Positions 1 to 6,956 of a DNA stretch of 32,000 nucleotides are shown here, in pieces. How positions within the stretch are numbered: position 1 is the first letter of the stretch; each line of letters starts with the position of its first letter. The notes under the pieces were generated by a model. That model had not been told where the DNA came from. It searched no databases and was given only the letters and a program-made list of their open reading frames with translations. Source of the DNA: Candidatus Saccharimonadota bacterium (GTDB lineage Bacteria; Patescibacteriota; Gracilibacteria; UBA1369; 2-02-FULL-48-14); contig OZ246396.1 in assembly GCA_965230905.1 (NCBI GenBank), positions 540,001-572,000 on the forward strand, read 5' to 3'. The translations under genes were made by a program, and so were the position numbers.

Positions 1-1886
1 CAGTTGTTGTTGGGTAGACCCGTGGTCTTCTCATTTGAAGTCCCGGTTTTAGCGGCATTGTCGATGGCGGGGAGGTAGATATTGGTTCCGAGCCCGGCAC
101 TCGGGTCAGACAAAATATCGTTCATAATGTAGGCCACTTGTGGGTCGAGCACCGTGGTTTTTTCTACTTCCGTTTCGTCCCATTGTTCCAAAATCTTTCC
201 GTCGGTGGTCACGATTTTTAGAATAGAGCTCGGCTCCACGTGGACTCCATTGGTGGCGAATACACTGTAGGCCTCCGCCATTTCTAGCGGGGTCACCACT
301 GCCGTTCCTAAGGCGATGCTTGCTCCATAGGCGTTGGATTCATCGTAGTTCAAACTTTCGAGGCCCAACTTTTTTCCAAAATCAACGATGTCATCTTCCT
401 CTCCCGCTAAGAAATAAGCTTTTACTGCAGGGATGTTTCGGGATTGTCCCAGCGCGTAACGCAGGGTCATAGGTCCCTTAAAACCTCCATCGTAGTTCTT
501 GGGAAAGTAAGTTCCAAAGTGGGTTGCTACATCATAGAAAACGGTGGCTGCGGTGTATTGATTGAGCAGGGCGAGTGAGTACACAAAAGGTTTGAAGGAA
601 GATCCCGGCTGGCGAACGCTGGTGATCATGTTCACCTGACCGTCGATCTCTTGATTGTTGAAGTCGGATGAACCCACCATGGCCAAAATTTGCCCCGTTT
701 GCGGCTGCATAGAGATGAGGGCCGCGTTGTTGGCGCCGTAGGTGTCGAGCAGAGTTTCTTTTCGTTCCTCAATGGCCTCTTCTGCTGCTTTTTGGAAGTC
801 AGGATCGAGCGTGGTGTAGACCTTGAGACCTCCCTGTTCCACAATGTCCGCTCCGTATTTTTCTTCGAGTTCTTGTTTTACCCACAGCACGAAGTGTTCG
901 GCGGTATCGAGTTCGTTGTAATTGGTGAAAGCCAGCGTTTGCATTTCGGCGAGGGCAGCGACGGCTTCTTCTTCAGAAATCATGCCCAGTTCCAGCATAC
1001 GATCCAGCACCAAATCGCTGCGGCCCTTGATATAAAAAGTGCTTGCGTCGGGCATGGTGAAGGTGGTTCCCAGGAGTCCACGCGTGTATTCGTCCCATTC
1101 CAAATCTTCTTCACCCGTGATGCTGCGGCCGTTCAAACTTTCCTCGGTGAGTTCAAAAGTGAGCACCGTGTTTTTATAGCTTCCGTAAGGGGAATAACGG
1201 GTGGGCTTGTTGGGGATCCCGGCCAGTATTGCAGATTCCGCTATCGTTAGGTCTTTTGCGTCTTTATCAAAGTAACGTTTGGCCGCGAGCTCGATTCCGT
1301 AGGCGTTGTTTCCGTAGGGAATTTCGTTGAGGTACATCAGCAAAATCTCGTCTTTGCTGAACTTCAGTTCCATCACCATTGCGATGATGATTTCACGGTA
1401 TTTACGAATGTAGCTTTGCTCCAAACTGAGCATGGCGTTACGCGCGAGCTGTTGCGTGATGGTGGATCCTCCGCGCGGCGTTCCGATGCCAAATTCGGAG
1501 AGCACGGCTTTGAAAAGCGCGGGAATGTCGATTCCCATGTGTTCGTAAAATTCATCGTCTTCAATGGCCAAGGTGGCGTCGATGAGGGCCGGGGAAATTT
1601 CGTCGAGTGATTTCAGGGATTCGCGGTTTTCTTCTCCATGAATGGTGTAGAGCAAGTTTCCTTCACGGTCCAAAATTTGAGTCGAGTCTTTTGCTTGGGC
1701 GTCGGTCGGGTTGAAGGTGAGCAGAATCCAAAAAGCGTAGAAAAAGGTGAATACAAAAGTCGCTCCGATTGCGCCAATGATTCCAATGATCACGTAACGC
1801 GCCGCACGCTGTTTTTTGTTCATTTCAGAGCGTGGCTTGAGCTTTTCCCAGCCTCGCTTAATATGGTGTTTTGTCCATTTTTTCAT
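1..1886 (-). CDS. Class A penicillin-binding protein (GT51 transglycosylase + transpeptidase); C-terminal part runs off the left window edge
   Basis: Not in the ORF track because the frame stays open to position 1. My translation of the minus strand from ATG 1886 gives MKKWTKHHIKRGWEKLKPRSEMNKKQRAARYVIIGIIGAIGATFVFTFF (TM anchor). This is followed by GT51 motifs AIEDDEFYEHMGID, RGGSTITQQLARN and RKYREIIIAMVMELKFSKDEILLMYLNEIPYG, and later by the transpeptidase SxxK motif QPGSSFKPFVY (about 590-620). Confidence 0.85.
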   Translation of the reverse strand, partial: MKKWTKHHIKRGWEKLKPRSEMNKKQRAARYVIIGIIGAIGATFVFTFFYAFWILLTFNPTDAQAKDSTQILDREGNLLYTIHGEENRESLKSLDEISPALIDATLAIEDDEFYEHMGIDIPALFKAVLSEFGIGTPRGGSTITQQLARNAMLSLEQSYIRKYREIIIAMVMELKFSKDEILLMYLNEIPYGNNAYGIELAAKRYFDKDAKDLTIAESAILAGIPNKPTRYSPYGSYKNTVLTFELTEESLNGRSITGEEDLEWDEYTRGLLGTTFTMPDASTFYIKGRSDLVLDRMLELGMISEEEAVAALAEMQTLAFTNYNELDTAEHFVLWVKQELEEKYGADIVEQGGLKVYTTLDPDFQKAAEEAIEERKETLLDTYGANNAALISMQPQTGQILAMVGSSDFNNQEIDGQVNMITSVRQPGSSFKPFVYSLALLNQYTAATVFYDVATHFGTYFPKNYDGGFKGPMTLRYALGQSRNIPAVKAYFLAGEEDDIVDFGKKLGLESLNYDESNAYGASIALGTAVVTPLEMAEAYSVFATNGVHVEPSSILKIVTTDGKILEQWDETEVEKTTVLDPQVAYIMNDILSDPSAGLGTNIYLPAIDNAAKTGTSNEKTTGLPNNN

Positions 1887-1901
1887 AAACCGATGGTTTT
1901 A

Positions 1902-4325
1902 TTAACGCCCGCGTATTGTACCACCAAACTTTTCTATGGCAAGGAAGGTGGCGTCCTGCAGGGTCTGATATTCTTTTTCGGTGAGCGTTCTTTCAGAATG
2001 ACGTATTTCAATGGAGTAAGAAAGAGACTTTTTATCGTCGGGGATATTCTTACCTTCGTAGATGTCAAAAAGGGTCACGCTTTCGATGAGTTTGTCGCTG
2101 TCGGCGGAGCGAATGGCTTTTTCGAGGTCAGCCACTTTGGATTTTTTAGAAACGAGCACCGAAACATCGAAACTCATGGAAGGGAACTTGGGCAGAGGGG
2201 TGAAACGTTTTTCCGCACGGCCATTTTGCACGAGCGGGCTGAAACGGAGTTCAAAGGCCGCAACGTTCTTGCGAATGTCGTAGGCGGCGAGGGTTCCGGG
2301 GTGCAGAGTGAAGACTTGTCCGATGGTTTTGCCGCGCACCACGATATCCATGCACTTTTTTGGATGCGCACAGGGAGCTGGGTACTTGGATTCGTGGACT
2401 TGGACGCTGTTCACGCCGAAGCTTTTTAAGTAAGACTCCAGGGCGCCTTTGATGGCGTAGAAAGGTTCACCGTCCATGGCCACCATGGCCGCGAGGTGCT
2501 TTTCTTCGCGCGGCATGTAGGCGCCGGGTTCGTCGTCGTAAGTGTGGCCGAGTTCAAAGATCTGGATTTTTTCAAAAGTTCGTTCGTTGGCGGCGATATT
2601 CGCAAGGAGGTTTGGCACGAGCGTTCGGCGCATGTGCGTTTGGTCTGCGGAAAGGTAGTTCAGGATTTTGACGTGACCTTGTTCGGTGAGTCCGCACTTT
2701 TCAAAACGGTCTTTACTATAGAAAGAATAGTTCACTACTTCCGTGAATCCGAGGCCCAGCGCAAAGATGCTGCGGGTGAGGTGCTTGTACAGGCGTTCCT
2801 CGTTTTCGACCGGCAGCTGCATGGGTTGGCTGGGCAAAACGGGCTCGATTTGGTCGTAGCCGTGGATGCGCGCCACCTCCTCCACAATGTCTTCTTCGAT
2901 GTTCACGTCACGGGTGGCGCGGTGGGAAGGCACGATGATTTTGAGATTTTTTCCAACCGTTTTCACATCGAATTCCAGCGCTTTTAAAATGCTCACCATT
3001 TCTTTAGTCGCGATCTTTTTTCCGATCTTGCTGTTGATGACGTCGGGGTTCGCGGTGATCTCGATTTTCTTCGGTTTCCAGGTTCCGACCGTGGTGATTT
3101 CGCTGACTAGCTTCGCCGTTGGGCAGAGTTCTTGGAGTAAATTGATGGCTCGTTTTATAGCGACTTCGGTCATGGCAGGGTCCAGGCTTTTTTCAAAACG
3201 TTGAGACGCGTCGGTGCGCAGAGCGTGACGAACGGAGCTTTTGCGGACGATGATGGGATCGAAGGCCGCGGATTCCAAAATGATCTCGGTGGTGTCGTTG
3301 CTGATTCCGGATTGGAGGCCTCCTTTAATGCCGGCGAGGCCGAGCGGGGAACCCGCGAGGCTGCACACCAGCGGATCTTCGTCGTGGAGTTTCTGTTCGG
3401 TTTCATCCAGCGTCACGAGCACTTCGCCCTTCTTGGCGGCGCGCACAATGAATCCATCTTTCCCAACCACTTGTCGGTCGTAGGCGTGCATCGGTTGGCC
3501 GAGTTCGAGCATCACATAATTCGTAACGTCTACCACGTTGTTGTGAGGGTTCATGCCGGCGGCTTGCAGACGTGCCTTCAGCCACTGAGGCGACTCTTCA
3601 ATTTTAATTCCGGTCAGAATGGCCGCCGAAAAACGTGGGCACATTTTGTTGTCCTCAATTTTAATGCTGAGGTTTTCTTTGCCGGCTACCGGTTTGATTT
3701 TGAGCAGCGGGTCGAGTTTCTTCAGCGGTTTTCCGAAAATTGCCGCCATCTCCCGGGCGAAGCCGTAATGGCTCCATAGATCTGGGCGGTGGGTGAGCGA
3801 CTTGTTGTCCACTTCCAAGAGAGTGTCGCTCAGGCCCAGGGCTTCTGCGAGGGGGACTCCTTCTTTAGCCTTCAAGTGCGAAAGATCCAAAATGGCGTGG
3901 TCGTCACTGCTTTGGGATTTTTGCATGTCGGTCAAACCAATTTCACTGCCGGCACAAATCATTCCATAACTTTCTTCGCCGCGGATTTTGGCGAGTTCCA
4001 AGGTGACGGTTTCGCCGCCATGCCATTGCACCACCGCGCCGGGAGTGGCCACGGCTACCTTCATTCCAACGGCTAAGTTGCTTCCGCCGCAGACCAATTT
4101 GCGAATTTTTTCACCCAGATCCACATCCACGAGGCGGAGCTTGTCTGCATTGGGGTGAGCGCTGATGCTCATGATTTTTCCCACGAAGATGTTTTCAAAT
4201 TTCTTTGCTTCATCAATCACGCCTTCCACCTCTGCGGTGTGCACGGTCACTTTCCAAGCAATGTCCGCGCTGGACAGTTTGGGCAAGTCTACAAAATCCC
4301 GAATCCAGTTGAGTGAAATGTTCAT
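1902..4325 (-). CDS. pheT: Phenylalanine--tRNA ligase beta subunit
   Basis: 807-aa ORF. It has the typical PheT N-terminus (MNISLNWIRDFVDL), tRNA-binding, B3/4 and B5 regions, and a C-terminal FDX-ACB-like tail. Its start codon directly abuts the pheS stop (4325/4326). Confidence 0.93.
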   Translation of the reverse strand: MNISLNWIRDFVDLPKLSSADIAWKVTVHTAEVEGVIDEAKKFENIFVGKIMSISAHPNADKLRLVDVDLGEKIRKLVCGGSNLAVGMKVAVATPGAVVQWHGGETVTLELAKIRGEESYGMICAGSEIGLTDMQKSQSSDDHAILDLSHLKAKEGVPLAEALGLSDTLLEVDNKSLTHRPDLWSHYGFAREMAAIFGKPLKKLDPLLKIKPVAGKENLSIKIEDNKMCPRFSAAILTGIKIEESPQWLKARLQAAGMNPHNNVVDVTNYVMLELGQPMHAYDRQVVGKDGFIVRAAKKGEVLVTLDETEQKLHDEDPLVCSLAGSPLGLAGIKGGLQSGISNDTTEIILESAAFDPIIVRKSSVRHALRTDASQRFEKSLDPAMTEVAIKRAINLLQELCPTAKLVSEITTVGTWKPKKIEITANPDVINSKIGKKIATKEMVSILKALEFDVKTVGKNLKIIVPSHRATRDVNIEEDIVEEVARIHGYDQIEPVLPSQPMQLPVENEERLYKHLTRSIFALGLGFTEVVNYSFYSKDRFEKCGLTEQGHVKILNYLSADQTHMRRTLVPNLLANIAANERTFEKIQIFELGHTYDDEPGAYMPREEKHLAAMVAMDGEPFYAIKGALESYLKSFGVNSVQVHESKYPAPCAHPKKCMDIVVRGKTIGQVFTLHPGTLAAYDIRKNVAAFELRFSPLVQNGRAEKRFTPLPKFPSMSFDVSVLVSKKSKVADLEKAIRSADSDKLIESVTLFDIYEGKNIPDDKKSLSYSIEIRHSERTLTEKEYQTLQDATFLAIEKFGGTIRGR

Positions 4326-5366
4326 TTAAAATTGTGAATTAAAACGCAGGTCGCCGCTTTGCAAATGGCGGATGTCGTCGATGCCGTATTTCATCATCAC
4401 CAGGCGAGTGAGGCCGAAACCAAAGGCCCAGCCTTGGTATTTTTTGCTGTCGATGCCTCCGGCTTTGAGCACGTTGGGATGGACCATTCCACAGCCCATG
4501 AACTCAATCCAACCGGTTCGTTTGCAGACCTTGCAACCTTTTCCGTCACAAAATACACAGGACATGTCGAGTTCAATTCCCGGTTCCACAAAAGGGAAGT
4601 AGCCGGGTCGGAAACGCACTTTCATTTCTTTTTTAAAGAGTCGGCTCAAAAAATCCTGCATCACGGCTTTTAAATTCGCGATGGAAATATCGGTGTCGAT
4701 GAGCAGGCCTTCCACTTGATCAAACGTGTGCTCGTGGGAGGCGTCGGTGGCTTCGTTGCGGAACACGCGGCCTGGCACAATAATACGCAGTGGCGCGCCG
4801 TACTTCCGCATCGCGCGGACTTGGTTGGGCGAGGTGTGGGTACGCAGCACGAGCTTGCCTTCTTCCGCGTCAGCGGCTTTGTCTATAAAGAAAGTGTCCT
4901 GCATGTCGCGTGCCGGGTGGTGAGACGGGATGTTGAGTCCTTCAAAATTATAAAATTCACTTTCAATTTCGGGCCCATCCACAATGCTGAAGCCCATTTG
5001 TTGGAAAATTCGTTCCACTTCCATTTGCGTTTGAGGAATGGGGTGGATGTGTCCAACGCCATAGGCAGTGCCCGGTGCGGTGAGGTCCAGCCATTCGCTT
5101 TCCAGCGCCTTGTCGATTTCTGCGCGTTCGAGTGCGCGGCCACGCGTTTCAAAAGCCGCTTCCAATTCCACTTTCAGTTCATTGATCGCCTTCCCCGTTT
5201 TTTGTTTATCTTCAATAGAGAGGTCTTTCACCCCTTTTAAAAGCTCGGTGAGCTGGCCACTTTTTCCTAAATATTTTCGCTCAGTTTCCTTGAGCTGATC
5301 TGTGCTTTTTGCTGACGCGAGGCCCTCTAAAGCTTCGGTACGAAGAGATTTAAGCTTTTCTAGCAT
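4326..5366 (-). CDS. pheS: Phenylalanine--tRNA ligase alpha subunit
   Basis: 346-aa ORF with a class II aaRS core typical of PheS (RTHTSPNQVR, FRNEATDASHEHTFDQVEG, GWAFGFGLTRLVM). Confidence 0.95.
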   Translation of the reverse strand: MLEKLKSLRTEALEGLASAKSTDQLKETERKYLGKSGQLTELLKGVKDLSIEDKQKTGKAINELKVELEAAFETRGRALERAEIDKALESEWLDLTAPGTAYGVGHIHPIPQTQMEVERIFQQMGFSIVDGPEIESEFYNFEGLNIPSHHPARDMQDTFFIDKAADAEEGKLVLRTHTSPNQVRAMRKYGAPLRIIVPGRVFRNEATDASHEHTFDQVEGLLIDTDISIANLKAVMQDFLSRLFKKEMKVRFRPGYFPFVEPGIELDMSCVFCDGKGCKVCKRTGWIEFMGCGMVHPNVLKAGGIDSKKYQGWAFGFGLTRLVMMKYGIDDIRHLQSGDLRFNSQF

Positions 5367-5431
5367 GCGCGTAGTTTAGCAAGGAGGTGGTGAGATGGCT
5401 AGAGGAGCGAATGGCGCTGAACACTCAAAAA

Positions 5432-5869
5432 TTATTTATAATCCCTGAGCAGTTTCATTCTACCGAACGATTTAGCCTTGTTGTAATATTTTTGATCTGC
5501 CGTTATAAAAATTCCGTTCAATTGTAGGGCTAGAGCGTGATAAGCAGAATCGTAAAAGGCTACCCCTGGGCATTTTTTCATTATTTTGTAGGCCAGAAAA
5601 CTTACTTCAAGGCCTAGTAGAGCTTCTCGAATCCGCAGATTCTTGAACGACGCAAAACTCATTAAGGCCTCTTGTTTTGAAAGGTTTCTTCCAAAATTGT
5701 TATTCAACTCCCATGACGTTAATGCGGGGATACAAGTTTCGAATTTTCTTTCCAAGAAGTTCTTTTTAAGAAGTTGAGCTTGTTCTAAGTCTTCCTCTTC
5801 TTTAATAAACCACTTCAATAGTACAGAGGTGTCAATAATGAATAGTGGTTTAATATCGGCGACCTTCAT
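5432..5869 (-). CDS. vapC: PIN-domain ribonuclease toxin (VapC-like)
   Basis: 145-aa ORF with a PIN-like N-terminus LFIIDTSVLLKWF and later acidic/hydrophobic blocks (FYDSAYHALA, IFITAD). It overlaps the upstream RHH gene by 20 nt. Visibly AT-richer than pheS. Confidence 0.72.
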   Translation of the reverse strand: MKVADIKPLFIIDTSVLLKWFIKEEEDLEQAQLLKKNFLERKFETCIPALTSWELNNNFGRNLSKQEALMSFASFKNLRIREALLGLEVSFLAYKIMKKCPGVAFYDSAYHALALQLNGIFITADQKYYNKAKSFGRMKLLRDYK

Positions 5870-6098
5870 GAATCATTTTTAAAATATCTTTGTTCTTATG
5901 AACCTTCTTTTGTTTTTTTAAAGACTTTTCCATCTGTGCAAAAGCTTTTGCACGACTGAAGTCGATGAGCTTCTCTTCCAGTGCTTCATTTACAAAATTA
6001 CTACGATCTCCTGCAGGCATAACTTGCTCCAACTCCTCAAGCAAAGTGAGGCTTATCATAAAATTTACACGTTTCCTGGGGCTAATAGTGGTAGTCAT
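5850..6098 (-). CDS. vapB: Ribbon-helix-helix antitoxin (VapB/CopG-like)
   Basis: 82-aa ORF. KRVNFMISLTLLEELEQ...RSNFVNEALEE fits a beta-strand plus two-helix RHH fold. Position and overlap with the PIN gene are typical of type II TA pairs. Confidence 0.65.
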   Translation of the reverse strand: MTTTISPRKRVNFMISLTLLEELEQVMPAGDRSNFVNEALEEKLIDFSRAKAFAQMEKSLKKQKKVHKNKDILKMIHEGRRY

Positions 6099-6191
6099 GG
6101 GTGAGTAACTTTATTACACACTAATTATACACACGCTAGGCAGGCGGCGCAAGACTCAAGCGCGTCAGCACGGAAAACTTGTGCAAAAAAT

Positions 6192-6219
6192 TTGACAAGT
6201 TACTTTAAGTCCGTAGAAT
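6192..6219 (+). promoter_or_regulatory. Sigma70-like promoter for the downstream RNA candidate
   Basis: TTGACA (6192-6197), 16-nt spacer, TAGAAT (6214-6219). Confidence 0.45.
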
Positions 6220-6234
6220 ACGCCTACTTTAAGA

Positions 6235-6492
6235 TTAACACCAAGTTATGTCAGAGCTTAAAAGAGAGGAGCCGCTAGAATCGCCGGAGCCAAGTCCGAC
6301 ACCAGAGCTGTCTGTGGCACCATCTCGTAAAGTGGCACCACGTGGTAGAGATGTGGACCGCTTTGGACAGGACCCGTGGAGGGTGAGTGGTGTAAACGTG
6401 CTGACGAGTGGTTTTGGAAAGGCGGCTCAACAGGCCGTGCACCCCAGCTACAACGACAATGAGTTTTAGGCTTTATGACTTTGGCTAGTTAA
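6235..6492 (+). ncRNA. Structured RNA candidate; best guess is a small RNase P RNA (unproven)
   Basis: 6235-6263 pairs with 6464-6492 as helices of 5+9+11 bp interrupted by bulges. The interior is GC-richer than its flanks. A promoter lies upstream and a terminator downstream. Motifs colinear with bacterial RNase P RNA: CCAAGTCCG (6290-6298), AAAGTGGCACCACG, GGAGGGTGA, GGTGTAAAC, GGCGGCTCA. I could not draw P3/P4 convincingly by hand. Confidence 0.45.
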
Positions 6493-6493
6493 G

Positions 6494-6525
6494 AAAAAGC
6501 CCCGCGTTTCTGCAGGGCTTTTTTG
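6494..6525. terminator. Bidirectional intrinsic terminator between the RNA candidate and hup
   Basis: Stem AGCCCCGC (6498-6505) / GCAGGGCT (6512-6519) with one mismatch and a 6-nt loop. An A-run precedes it (6494-6498) and a T-run follows it (6519-6524). Confidence 0.6.
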
Positions 6526-6563
6526 AATTTCAAACAGACAGGGGCGCTCGCCTTTGGCGAGTG

Positions 6564-6839
6564 TTATCGAACCGCGTCCTTGAGAGACTTTCCAGCCTTG
6601 AAAGCAGGAAGAACCATTGCTGGGATCTTGATCTTTTGGCTTGGGTTGCGAGGGTTAACTCCGGTACGAGACGCACGTTTTGAAACGCGGAAAGTTCCGA
6701 AACCGGTGAGGGTTACGCTCTGTCCTTTAGCGAGGCTCTTTGTTACAGCTTCAAGAACAGACTCAAGAGCTTGAGTAGCTGCCTTTTTTGTAATTCCTGC
6801 ACTCTGTGCAGCAATGTTGATAAGATCACCTTTTGTCAT
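6564..6839 (-). CDS. hup: DNA-binding protein HU
   Basis: 91-aa ORF, MTKGDLINIAAQSAGITKKAATQALESVLEAV...GFGTFRVSKRASRTGVNPRNPSQKIKIPAMVLPAFKAGKSLKDAV, a classic HU/IHF fold signature. Confidence 0.93.
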   Translation of the reverse strand: MTKGDLINIAAQSAGITKKAATQALESVLEAVTKSLAKGQSVTLTGFGTFRVSKRASRTGVNPRNPSQKIKIPAMVLPAFKAGKSLKDAVR

Positions 6840-6869
6840 GGCGGTGGAGTTAGAGATAAATCACGGCTT

Positions 6870-6897
6870 ATTATAAGGCCGCGATGCGTTTTCACAA
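6870..6897 (-). promoter_or_regulatory. Candidate hup promoter
   Basis: On the minus strand: TTGTGA (6892-6897), 16-nt spacer, TATAAT (6870-6875). This leaves a leader of about 30 nt before ATG 6839. Confidence 0.4.
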
Positions 6898-6918
6898 GCA
6901 AAAAAAGACCCCGTTGAT

Positions 6919-6948
6919 TTGACAAGGGGCCCCCTTCGTCCCTATGGT
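6919..6948 (+). promoter_or_regulatory. Candidate topA promoter
   Basis: TTGACA (6919-6924), 18-nt spacer, TATGGT (6943-6948). The ATG at 6957 is only 8 nt downstream of the -10. Confidence 0.4.
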
Positions 6949-6956
6949 ATGCCCGC

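Noticed and set aside
690-2429. Plus-strand ORFs 690..1250 and 1638..2429 (186 and 263 aa)
   Set aside because: They are antisense shadows of the PBP and pheT genes, have no recognisable motifs, and show low-complexity, Val/Phe/Gly-rich translation typical of the reverse frame.
6165-6184. Possible third, degenerate copy of the conserved hairpin core (TCAGCACGG...GTGC)
   Set aside because: Only 9 nt plus GTGC match, the loop differs, and there are no flanking complementary arms. A 9-mer match in 64 kb of two-strand sequence is not improbable by chance.
6248-6469. 73-aa ORF (MSELKREEPLESPEPSPTPE...YNDNEF) as a protein-coding gene, or its NDNEF ending as a tmRNA tag
   Set aside because: The start and stop codons both lie inside the ~25-bp closing helix of a promoter- and terminator-bounded structured region, and the composition is atypical. 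The tmRNA idea fails for three reasons: there is no GGGG 5' end, no T-arm (GGTTCGA) and no CCA-adjacent acceptor; the tag lacks a hydrophobic LAA-type end; and a 25-bp terminal helix is not tmRNA-like.
6901-6929. Terminator-like hairpin (CCCCGTTG / CAAGGGG) with a U-run on the minus strand, overlapping the topA -35
   Set aside because: No minus-strand gene ends upstream of it. The T-run is equally well explained as an A/T-rich UP-like element for the hup promoter, and the stem may be coincidental to the TTGACA box. It is not supported as a functional terminator.
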